NCBI RefSeq assembly: GCF_000143415.4 | Contig: NW_003314289.1 | Location: forward strand, 1,358,293 to 1,422,292 | DNA length: 64,000 nt | Direction: 5' to 3' | DNA from: Selaginella moellendorffii | Taxonomy: Eukaryota > Plantae > Lycopodiophyta | Shown: positions 52,801 through 64,000 of the stretch, piece by piece | How the letters are laid out: the number at the start of each line of letters is the position of its first letter | Numbering within the stretch: position 1 is the stretch's first letter | Translations under genes and position numbers: made by a program | Notes under the pieces: generated by a model | What the model saw: only the letters and a program-made list of their open reading frames with translations | The model's database searches: none | Told to the model about the DNA's origin: nothing

Positions 52801-55380
52801 TCACCTCAAAAATTTCACTTCCTTGCCTTTAGTGTTTTTTCTATTTTGGAAAATATATATAATTTAAAAACTAATGACATTTTATAAAAGCTACAAAAAA
52901 ATTTCTTTCTTTCTTTCTTTTTTAATTTAGAAATTCCAAGTGTCCAAGGACAAAGATGATGCATGAATTGAAACTACCAATGGCCCACATTACAACAATA
53001 GTTTTAGAAACCTATCAATACAACTTAAAAACTTCATCTTTTCATCTAAATTAAGCTTGCAATCACGAAAGTTGATCATGCCATCACTCATTACTTAGAA
53101 TTTGAAAAGCCAAAAAGAAAAAGCTTTGAGAACATCTTACTTAACCATTAGCACTTTTTAGTATTTAGCAACAAAATTCAACTGTAAAAAACAACCTCCT
53201 TAAAGTGCTATTGGATAAAGGATCCCAAAATTATGATTAAAACGATAAAAATTAAAAATTTAGTCTTGAAATAATTCTTTCTATTTAAGCCATAAGCACT
53301 ATAGTTGCTTTTTTTTTTGGAGTGGAAGCTATTATTAAGCACTTCCCCCCTAACACCCCTTAAATCAATGATCACTCCCACCCAAAGTTTCTAATTCTAG
53401 TCTTAACCCTAACATAGTTCAAAAGCATTTCTTATCTCATTTATCTGACCATTTTTTACTTTACTATAGTTTATACCAAGTTATTAGGCCAAGATATTTC
53501 CCCTTAAAGTTTCAAACTAAACAATGCACTCAAGGTTTGAGATTTATAAGTTTTGTTGTACCAAAGGATGTTAATAACTTGATAATTTAGTGTGTATGGT
53601 TATTTATGCTTGTAGGGAGCATAGTCAAACTTTAATTCAATCTATCACGGGGAGGGGATTGGGAGAGAGAGTTTGGAAATTTATGAAGAAGTGGCTAACA
53701 CCTTATTGCTCATATAATAAATAGTTAAAGTTAAGTAAAACCAAGTAAAAATTAACATAATAGGAGTGGATTATAGTCTAAAAGAGAGGTCCTAAGTCTT
53801 TTAGAAAGGGGTGAGAGCCAATAAGCCTTATCTATTCAAATGAGATACCAGTAAAGAAAAAATTTAGAGTTTACATTTTAATGTAAATTTATGATTCTAG
53901 GAGGTTATCCATCCCAATATTATTCAAACCTAAAAATGTTTAACCCCAAATATTCTAAAACCCTTAAAAAATAGAAAAATGCTTATTCATAAATACTTTC
54001 CCTTTATATTTAAACTCTAATGGATTGTTTTGTATTCATTCTCTTTTATCAAATCTAAATTGAACTATTAAATGTTAATTTTAACATATAGTATGATTTC
54101 CCCAGTTAATAAATAGAATTGGATTTGAGACTTAATTTGACTAAACTAGACCACTAAATATTAATTTCAACATATGATTTGATTCCCTAGTTCATTAATA
54201 GAGTTGGATCTAGACCCCTTCACTAGAAAATGTAAACTCTTGAGGTCATCTATCCTAATACCCATCCCAAATATGTTATTAATTTTCTCAAAAAGTCATT
54301 TAGCTCAATATAATCGTCTAGATGTTGATGTCCGACAACATTAATGGTAATAATTAAAAGATTTTGGAAGAGGCCTAGTAACCCTGATCAACTACTCAAA
54401 TTCAAAGATGCTTAACCCCAAATATTTTAAAACCCTTAACCGATTGGAAGAAAGAATGCACTATTATTTATAAGTTATTTGAACCATAATGGATTATCTT
54501 TCAAGTTGTTCTGTTTAGTTAGTTATGGATTAACCTCAAATATTCCAAAATCAATAACTGATTAAAGAAGAGGGTGCATTCTTATATCCATCTATATTTG
54601 AACCCTCTCTTAAGTTATTTTTTGTTGTTTACACCAATTTGGCAAATTAACAATTTCTCTTTAAATAATCTAAATGATTAATAGTATAAGGAAGAGCATA
54701 CACATTTGGGATAGTTATAACATTTAATGGACAATAGTCAATATAAAATCAAATACTCCCATCCAACTTTGCTACAATATGAAGTTCACACATGCAAGGA
54801 CTTTAAGACTTTTGAATAACACATTTCTTTAACATCTCCTAGATATTTGCTTATAATAACTTGATCTTCTTTAGTGATAGATGAATCTTGATTGAATGAG
54901 CATCTCCAATTAGAATAGAATAATGTAGTGCAATCTTGGCACTAGATGATATTTCAAAGTCAAAGAGATTAATATACTCTTACTTAATCTAATCAATTGC
55001 TATAACATAAAGACTATTAAAGAGATCTAGAAAGGAATAAAAGAATTAGAAGGAAATATGGTAGGAAATAATAGGGAGACAAAAGTGATGGAAGTATAGA
55101 AAGAAGTAAAAAGATAAATTGAACAAAAATGAAAGGAATGGAATAAATAAGAGGTATAAAATGGATAAACCTTAAAGTCATACTTAACATGATTGCATTG
55201 ACTGTGGGTATTGAAAGTTACCTGTCAACTAGTGCTTTCAGATATTTTTTCCTTATTGCTACGATAGCAGAAGGTTGGTATTGTTAAACCCTTTTTCAGT
55301 CTCCACTTAAACTAATTGAGAAATTAGTCTTTGTATGTGTACTTAACTTAAAAAACATAAGGATGGAATTCCTAAGTGTT
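49900..55380. repeat. AT-rich, CpG-depleted block of decayed dispersed and tandem repeats
   Basis: Recurrent TAAC(C)CAAATAT..AA..CCTTAA motif (~50890, 53940, 54413, 54531, also ~1822); tandem pair ~51900-52025; direct repeat ~52110/52277. Confidence 0.6.
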
Positions 55381-55602
55381 ATTAATCAAGCATACTTGAC
55401 CTAGTTAGAGAAACTCATTTGTTGATTTGCACTTGCTAGTGTTAGAAACCCCTGCAATATTGAGTTTGGTCCCTCAATATTTGCAAGATGATAGCTTATT
55501 GTATCTGTTAAACACCCTCACTATCATATATTTTGTGCTAGTTCCATTCAATCTTAATTTTTATTTATGGAAAGTGTCTAGATTTGCTAATTTAACATAT
55601 CT

Positions 55603-56341
55603 ACGAAATGTAGAGATTGTTTTGAACACAATTATGTTCATCCCATACCCAAATTCTTAATCTAGTGCCATTCCATATGTAATAAGTTTTGAGTTAATCC
55701 TAAAGACTAACTCTTGGTTTTTAGGGTGACTAAGGATGAAAGCTTAGAGTGTGCAGTCCTTAAGAGGGGTATAAAGGCCTGTGGGGGGTTCCAAATGTAT
55801 AGTAAAGATAGTAGGTAAGTTAGGCATGGTTAATCAATCTAAGACATAGACTAACTCCTGCTTGCATGCCTGTTTTTGTATTGTGTTTAGCTTGGGTCTT
55901 AACCCAAATTCCACACCATGCTAGCTGGTGGAATACCCATATCCTTACGTTAAATCACTAGTATATTGAAATAGTGCCAAACTTCGTTTAGCTCTGCTTT
56001 GCATGTTGATCTTGGCATTAGGATACTAGATGCTCTAGGACTATTCTAAGTCGCTCTATGCTCTTGTTTCTTCACTCCTTATGTTGTACGCTCAAGAGTC
56101 ACTCTATGCTTCAATACCTTCATTTCTTAGCTCCATATTTAGGAGTTTGGCTCTGTTCCTTTATTCAATGGCCCAAGGCTCTAAAACTTAGGTTTTACTC
56201 TATTGTCCTTGGACACGTGGCATATGGCATATAGTATGTGACACATGGCACATGGAGGGTTTAAGTTTTACTTCATAGTTATCTTATGATAAATCACTAT
56301 AGGATAAAGGGTGAAAACCATGTGCTCTATATTGTGCTACA
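55603..56341. mobile_element. LTR-like remnant homologous to 1-600 (may extend further left)
   Basis: Shared GAAATGTAGAGATTGT, GGGGGGTTCCAAATGTATAGTAAA and TGTGCTACA terminus. Confidence 0.55.
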
Positions 56342-56799
56342 ATCAATCTATACTAAATAAAAAGTCAAAAGCTTGACTAAGCAACACCCACAATAGTTAT
56401 AATTCAATCACAAAATCACCCACATATATAATTAGATCTATCTCATTCTACATACATATATGTATATAGTTGTTAAGTCTGGCTCTACTATATGATGCGA
56501 ATATAGACAACAAGTGTGGTAATAAATTAAGGTAAGCTTCTAAATTTAGACTTCTCAAGAGGTAATCTAGCCCAATACTACTCAAATATATATCTTAACA
56601 CTTTTTTCCAATTTATATATCCCAAAATCAAAATGAGAGTCTAACAAACATAACACATTTGGACCAAAAGCTTTAATTCAAAAAGTCAAGAATAGGAGTG
56701 AAACTCCTGAAGAAGTGTTCAAGAAATAAGTACAAAGAAATCAATGAATGAGTTTTTAGAAAAGGACACAAAAATGACCGATACATAGCAAGTGTCATA

Positions 56800-58040
56800 A
56801 CAAGCGGAAGTGTCAAGACTAAATCCAAGACCAAGTTTGAAATGGAATCCGAGATGAAGTCCAAAATCGTGTCCAGAATGTCAAATATGAAGTCTAAAAT
56901 TAAAACCAAAATTGAAATTGAGTTTGAGTCCGAGTCCGAATACTAATACAGGTCATGGGGTTATATAGACTCCACAAACATATGCTCTTAGTCCTTAGTG
57001 GTTATGAACTCCATGCATTATCTATGGTCCCTAGCCTCATCTCTCCCATGTGATTGCACCTACTGATGTGAGGGATTTGAGTCAATCATCCTAAGGATCG
57101 TATTAAGGGCTCATCCAAAGTATAGTAGGGAGTGTGGGGGTTGGACTCCAGTGAAACAAATTTGGTTAAAAAAGGCCAATGTGACCAAGAAAGGTTACAT
57201 TCATGTAATGGGTAATGATATAACCACTGAAGAGTCCAAAGCTAGAATGAATATAGATGGACAAGTGGGGTAACTTAGTAAAGTGTTCAAGAGTTAATTA
57301 TAACTCCCTTGAAATATCAAATAGTCAATACTTCCAATTTAAGTATGAATGGCACTACTTACTTGGATACCTTGTGTGGTTCATTAAAACCTCACTTTAG
57401 CCATATAACTGGGTCACCCTAGAGGCAAAGGGTGGGGGCAATACTTACAAGGCTTGCATTGGGCCATAATGTTTCGAAATGTTATTCCAAAATTCCAAAC
57501 TATGAAAAGGAAGAGGAATGATCCTTTTGTTTATTGACCAAAAATATAGTCACATGGTAAAGAAGTCTTAGAGGTTAGTGGGATTCAATGGATGGGCCTT
57601 TAAGCCCTAAACCAGTGGTGGTATTGCTGAGCATTACCATAGATGAAGAGGAATTTGGTGGGCATCAAATAAATGATATTGGGAAAGGGTATTCCCCATA
57701 TTTGGAGGCATCCTAAAGATGCTAAGAGGTGGTCATGGGATGACCACTCATGAATAGATGGCCTAATCTTTGAGAGACAGAACTATAATATAGGTGATCT
57801 TAGACTATTAATAAGACAAGTGTGAATGGATATGGCCTTAATAAAACAAGTTAGTATGCCAGTGGTACCCTTTAATAAGATTGGACATGTGGAACACTTT
57901 GACCAAGTGCAAAGGTAATATAGCTTTGAGGCTACCACTTGGGCTAGCAAATCCCCCAAGTTAAGATGAGGACTTATGGAAATTGTGAGTGAGACTCCTC
58001 TAAATTATCAAAAGTGTGGTTAAGTGATTAAAGTTGAATA
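56800..58040 (+). mobile_element. Decayed retroelement-internal repeat homologous (inverted) to ~6930-7930
   Basis: Extended reverse-complement similarity seen by eye. Confidence 0.55.
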
Positions 58041-58464
58041 GAAAATTTAATCACTTACAAAGGTGCACTCTGGTTTATAAACTTTATATTTGAAATTTTT
58101 CCCACCTAAGAGCATTACCCCCTCAAATCTAACTTAACAAAACAAACTAAACCACTAATAATATGGTATAATTCCCCTAACCAACCCCTTGAATCTAACT
58201 TAGTAGACCACTAAGAATGTGGTATAATTCTCTTAGCCAACCAAAAGAGTCGAACTTGAAATTTTTTTAATATTAAATATAAACTTTTAAATTTGAACTT
58301 CTTGAAATATCATTCAACACAAGACTATTCAATCTAACAAATTGAAAAATACTTGTGTCAATAAACCTTTTTCTTTTATATTTAAACCCTAATAGATCAT
58401 ATATCAAATTATTCTTTTTGGTTGCTTACACTTAGATATGTGGTATTGATCAAAGAATCAGCAC

Positions 58465-59260
58465 ACATTATACTTGTGGGGAAGTGTCCTCTACCTCAAG
58501 ATAAACAGTGGTGGCTTGAACATCATCCAAAGCCAACTCAAAATGCATAGTGGCATTGTGATAGATGTGCATCCACACCTCTCTTAGCTACAATAGGGTT
58601 TGAGCATCTGCAAAACCAAGCAATCCCATCAGTAGACCTTGCAAATGAAAACTCTCACCATTTATGTGTAGAAGAACGTCCTCCTCACTCATCCACCTCT
58701 TTTCAAGGGTGCTCCTGGTCATTTCTTCCCACAATGCTACTTGCTCATTCATTGTCAAGGTGTTTCTGGGAGGGTGAACGTAAAGAGCCTTATTAAGCGT
58801 TCTGGGATCATCAACTAACTTGAGCAGGTAAGTTGCCTAGGTCCTCCTCGAAGAGATACATGACACTGAATCCACCAAAGTAAAAGGAGACAAATGCATG
58901 ATTTAGAAACAACAAAACTAGTACTTTTCTGATCTCCATCCAAACCTTGTCTCTGGGTGGAGTGAAAGTCAGGAAACCGTCCACTTGTACAAAACTGGCA
59001 AGCATGAGCCCCATGATACAGTTTGCCATGAAGAACATGTTAAGAATTCCTGCTGCTTTGATGGCTCTTCAGATAGCTAACTTGTCCCTAGACATGGTCC
59101 TTGCAGATCCTATCCATGTCCACCCGAAACTCGGAGGGGTAGAACTTCTGGAGAAGACACCTCTGTTAAGTTGGGATTCACTTGAAAACCTTAATCGCCA
59201 CCTTGATGTTTCCAGCTTCTTTCACGGCACCAATGAGATCGTACTTCTTTCGAGAATATA
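58465..59260 (-). pseudogene. Isoflavone-reductase/pinoresinol-lariciresinol-reductase family (NmrA-like) pseudogene, 5'-truncated
   Basis: AVKEAGNIK, KFYPSEF, RAIKAAGI, ANC, PPRDKV, DPRTLNKALYVHPPRN..WEE..LEK motifs with stops and frameshifts; no NADPH-binding N-terminus. Confidence 0.8.
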
Positions 59261-59523
59261 ATTAATTAAAATTTAATAATCAGATTAAAAATCGTTTTTC
59301 TTACACGTGTAAAACAATATCTGTTTTCATTGGTCAATAGTTAAATTGCGGATAGAGAAGGTTTAATTAGGGTTCTTGCGCCCGTAGAAGGGGATATTTC
59401 GCGAGCGCGGAAGTGCTTATGAGGTAGGATTTGGATTTCTGGCCGATCGTGTCTCTCGAATCCGCATTGAGCGTAGAATGTAGTCAGTGCAGGTGAAAAT
59501 CTCGGACAAATTTGATTGCCGCC

Positions 59524-62494
59524 ATGGAGATCTCCTGCGTCGACAAGAGCATGCTGCGACTGGCTGTGGCGCTGGACAAGCGCGGCAGCGGCAATGCGAA
59601 CCGAGAGGAATCCGTGAGAATGCCGAGATTATCCGAATCCAGGGAAGGCGGCGACTCTATCTCCTCCCGAAATCCGGGGGCGTCTTACAGGTCCCGGAGC
59701 TACAGCACCAGCGGATTTGTGAGGAAGACCTTCAAGCTGCCGAGCAATGGCCCCCTGGAGCTGGAAATTCTGGTGGGAAGGATAGAGCGTGGAGAGATTG
59801 GTTTCGAGGAAGTCCGAGCCTACACGGACAGGTACTTAACCGGAAGCTTTGCTGGGCGAGTGTTGCGGTGCTTCAAGGATGGAAAGATAGCGCTCGAGTT
59901 CTTCAAGTGGTGCCAGGACCAGGCAGGATTTTCTCACAGTACTTACTCGTACAATTGTCTCATGGATCTTCTCTTCCGGATGAAGCTCTACCAGGACGTC
60001 TACGCGACTTTCAGGGCCATGAGAGAGTGCTCTCCAAACAGGTATACTTTCCGGGTGGTGCTCAAGAGCTTTTGCAAGCAAGGGAAGCTCCGGGATGGTT
60101 ACAAGCTGTTTGAGCAGATGCTAGACAATGGGATAAGTCCGGATGGGATCGAGTACAACATTCTCATCGATGGATACGCGAAGAAAGGGAGAGTTGACGA
60201 GGCCAACAGGTTGTACGAGGAGATGGTTTCTGTTGGCTTGGAGCCGAGCATCTATACTTACAACTCCTTGCTCAATGCGTTCTGCAAGGAGACGAAGATG
60301 AAGGAAGCCATGGAGCTGTTTAAAACAATGGCCGAGAAAGGCTTCGAGCCGGACGTTGTCACTTACAGCACCATCATCTCGGGGCTTTGTAAGACGGGGA
60401 AGGTGACCGAAGCTTTGGAGATGGTAGAGGAGATGACCGAGAAGGGTGTGAATCCCGACGTTGCGACTTACACTATCATCGTGGACAGGCTCTGTAGAGC
60501 GGGGAAAGTTGACGAAGCTGACGAGCTGTTTCACAAGATGATTGAACGGGGCTGCTCGGCAAACACTGTTGCTTACAACGCGCTCATCAACGGGCTCTGC
60601 AAGGACGAGAACATCGAACGGGCTTACAAGCTACTTGAAGAGATGGCGAGCAAGGGATACGTGCCTGACAACATCACATACAACACAATTCTCAGCGGGC
60701 TTTGCAGGATGGGGAAGGTGAGTGAGGCCAAGCAGTTTTTTGACAGTATGCCTTCCAGGGGATACAGTCCCGACGTTGTGGCATACAACGGTCTTCTGGA
60801 CGCTCTGTACAAGGAAGGCAAAGTTGCAGAGGCTTGGGGTCTTTTCAAGACCATGGGTGAGAGGCCGGACAGGCTAACTTGCTACATTATGCTTCAAGGA
60901 CTCTTCAATGAGAAGAAAGTGGACGACGCTGTCAAGTTCTTTGAAGGGGTCATACGAGACGGCAAGTTTGGCCACGAGGGGGCAACGTATTCACTTCTGA
61001 TAGAGGGCCTTTGCAAGTCCAAGAAGGTGGACGAAGCTGTCACTATGCTCAACGAGATGCTCGAGAAAGGACACGTTCCACAGACTGTCCCAGCAACGGC
61101 CCTTCTCTCGTCGCTTTGCAAGGAGAAGAAGGTTGATGATGCTTTGGCCTGCTTTGAAGCGCTGAAAGCCAGGGGATACAAACCGGACGTGGTGACTTAC
61201 AACGCTCTTCTCTCCGGGCTTAGAAAATGCGAGAAGTTTGATTTGGCCGTCAGCCTGCTGGAAGACATGGCGGACAGGAAAGTCGCTCCAGACTTGATTA
61301 CGTACAACACACTTATCGATGGCTTTTGTCGCGTTGAGAAGACAGACGAGGCCATGAAGCTGTTCAAAGACGTCATCGCCAAGGGATACATGCCAGACAC
61401 TGTGACTTACAACTCGATACTGCTGGGGTTGGCAAGAAAAAGCAACATGGACGAGGCCGAGGAAATGTTTAAGAAAATGGTGGCTAGCGGCTGTGCTCCA
61501 AATGGCGCAACGTACAGCATCGTTCTCTCGGGTCACTGTAGAGTGGGGAACATGGCTAGATGCCTCGAACTCTACGAGGAAATGACCGAGAAGCGGTTCA
61601 GCCCCGATGTCCTGCTCTGCAATGCCGTCATCGATATGCTTTGCAAGGCCAAAAAGGTGGACGATGCGCACAAGGTTCTCGAAGAGATGAGCAAAATCGG
61701 AGCCGTGCCGGATGTGGTTACGTATAACATCCTTCTGGACGGGCTGTGCAAAACCAACTTGGTGGACAAGGCCCACGAGCTGTTCTCGACCATGGTCGAC
61801 AACGGCTGCGCTCCAGACATCGTAAGCTACAGCGTTGTCCTCAACGGGCTGTGCAAGACAAACAAGGTGCACGATGCCAGAGTTCTCTTCGACAGGATGA
61901 TCGAGAGGAAGTTGGTTCCGGACGTTGTCACCTTCAACATCTTGATGGACGGGCTGTGCAAGGCAGGGAAGTTGGACGAGGCCAAAGATCTTCTGGATGT
62001 TATGAGCGAGCACAACGTTCTTCCAGATGGAGTGACTTGCACCACGCTCATGCACGGCCTGTGCCGGGACAAGAGAACGGACGAGGCTGTGAGGCTTTTC
62101 CAGTACATGGTGGAGAAAGGCACTGTGGCTGACGTCCTCCCCCACAACATCGTCCTCGCAGGCCTGTGCAGGGAAGGCAAGCTCGCGCAGGCCCTTCTCT
62201 TTTTCAAGTNNNNNNNNNNNNNNNNNNNNNNNNNNNNNNNNNNNNNNNNNNNNNNNNNNNNNNNNNNNNNNNNNNNNNNNNNNNNNNNNNNNNNNNNNNN
62301 NNNNNNNNNACCAAGCGGTGGATTACTTCCAGCAGATGACATGCTCGGGCTGTGCTCCAGACTACGTTGCCTACAACACGCTCATGAATGGGCTGAGGAA
62401 GCAAGGGAGGCACATCCAGGCGGACAGGCTCACACAGGCCATGAAGGAGAAGGGGTTCTTGTCGGATTGCTTCAAGGCGCCGCTCAGAGCCTAA
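59524..62494 (+). CDS. P-class pentatricopeptide repeat protein (spans an assembly gap)
   Basis: About 20 tandem 35-aa repeats (PDVVTYN.L..GLCK.G); frame after the gap ends ...KGFLSDCFKAPLRA*. Confidence 0.93.
62210..62309. other. Assembly gap (100 N)
   Basis: N run. Confidence 1.
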
Positions 62495-62716
62495 GGTAGC
62501 TGTCAGCACCCTTTTGCAACTTCCGCGACAAGTAAGTACACAGATTCACAGCTTTTCAGACCAGACTTTTGATGACTCTTTGTTTTTTTCTCGTTTGACT
62601 CAGGACGACTTCCATTTCTTGCATGCCTGTGATCCATCTTATTGTCTTGAGTTATCGATCCATCTTGGAGAAAAAAAAGGGGGAAAGGGGGTGACCTTCT
62701 TCTTCTCAAACGTTCG

Positions 62717-63742
62717 TTAGTTGACAATGCATGCTACAACTTCCACAAGATCCAGCATAGGATCTGGGTGTCCTGCCTGCTTGAGACGCTCCATTATGTT
62801 ACACTTGTTAGAGGCGTCCCGTTCTGTCCTGGAAGTAAAAACCACTGTTAGCATCCGACCGGTAAGTGCGAGCTATGTTTTTCTGGAAAGGATTTATCGC
62901 TCTCACGCACGGGGTCGGTTGCAGTTGATCGCGGATTTGCTGTTGCAAATACTCCCGGCACTTCTCCAGAGCTTCGCGCATCCAGGCGTGACGAACTTTC
63001 TCAATGGCGGTGGCAATTGTGAACTGAAAGAGAACGAGAGAGAGCTAAGTTTGAGTTCATTCTAAATTCTTCCTCTTCTCTCCAGGCATTTACCCATTGA
63101 CGACGTCGAGCCTCCTGCTCGGGCCAGGTCTCGAGCTCTTGAGTCACTTCTAATGCAAACATGTATGCCTTGCAGTTGCCTTTGGTGCACACCATGTCGT
63201 GGCGTTTGCTCGCAAAGATCCAGTGACCGAGCTCTTCCTGGGAGATTTTAGACAAGAATCGAGTGAGAAACTTAAAGAACATCGTACTACTATGAGAACC
63301 TTGATCTGGCCTCGAACGCCGGCTTCTTCGGCAGCCTCTCGGCAAGCTGCGTCCTCGACAGTCTCATCAAACTCCCAGCCTCCCTGGAAGAAGACGCGAA
63401 AGAGAGACGAAAGAGAGACGAACGAGAGACAATGAAACGCGGTGAGAAACCAGACGAGAAAGAAACAGTCGCGTACCTTTGGAAAGACGAGGCCATGGCC
63501 ATTGAGCGAACTGATCATGAGAATTCGGACATTGTCAACAACAGCGTGGGGAGTGGAGCCTCCTTTCTTGAGCCGATACGGTATGCAGCTAGACAGAAAA
63601 AAAGAAAAGGAGATTTCGTTTACGAACTAAAACTCGAAATTTTGTGCTTCCAGGAGCTCAAATTCAATGCTACTCACCCAGCGACGAGCCTGTAGCCCTG
63701 CTCAAATCTCTGCCGCTGTGGCTCGTCGGTGATTCCCTCCAT
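62717..63742 (-). CDS. NUDT: Nudix hydrolase, DIPP-like plant subfamily (multi-exon)
   Basis: RLVAG|CIPYR, LMISS..GHGLVFPK|GGWEFDETVEDAACREAAEEAGVRG (Nudix box), WPEQ..R.R.W. Confidence 0.92.
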
Positions 63743-64000
63743 TGGCGATTCAACCGCGAAGAAATACGAGGAAGGAGAACGCAAAAGCAAATATTGGAAA
63801 CTTGCGACCGAGGTGAGTAAAACTTCTCAACCGGATTTCTTCATTGAATCGATAGAGAGTTTGTCAAGTTGGAGAGAGGGAGTCGAGAGTGCTGCTGTTC
63901 GTTATCACTCTCGGTCAAAAATCTCGGATTTTTGAGACGAAGAGGTCGATGAGTCTGGAGATCATAAACTTGAGCGAAGTTATCTCCTTCTACGCAATGA

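Noticed and set aside
52440-53230. Possible hAT transposase remnant (MAHI.., LIMPS..T*N)
   Set aside because: Resemblance too degenerate to support without a profile search
60991-62145. 384-aa antisense ORF inside the P-class PPR gene
   Set aside because: Shadow ORF from codon bias; no independent motifs

Overview
Eukaryotic land-plant nuclear DNA. Very short introns (44-80 nt), gene density, CpG-rich genes, PLS- and P-class PPR genes and a ciliary Tctex-type dynein light chain suggest a lycophyte such as Selaginella (inference). Two AT-rich, CpG-depleted blocks (~1-13.4 kb and ~49.9-59.3 kb) hold decayed Ty3/gypsy, LINE and Mutator-like elements, a kissper-domain ORF and an isoflavone-reductase-family pseudogene. 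Between and after them lie an LC8 dynein light chain, sulfite oxidase, two PPR genes, a decayed ubiquitin-specific protease, an F-box gene, TCTEX1D2 plus an inverted pseudogene copy, a Kelch protein, a Gly/Ser-rich wall protein, ureide permease, tRNA-Thr, cytosolic FBPase, an AGP-like protein, GH9C cellulase, two secreted Cys-rich peptide genes flanking tRNA-Leu, a plastid-targeted HutX/ChuX-like gene, an OSCA channel and a Nudix hydrolase. I found no convincing multi-gene novel system. The best leads are the 43.5-46.3 kb block (an 8-Cys peptide of no family I recognise, and the HutX-like protein) and the stand-alone kissper protein. All homology calls are from memory of family motifs; no searches were run.
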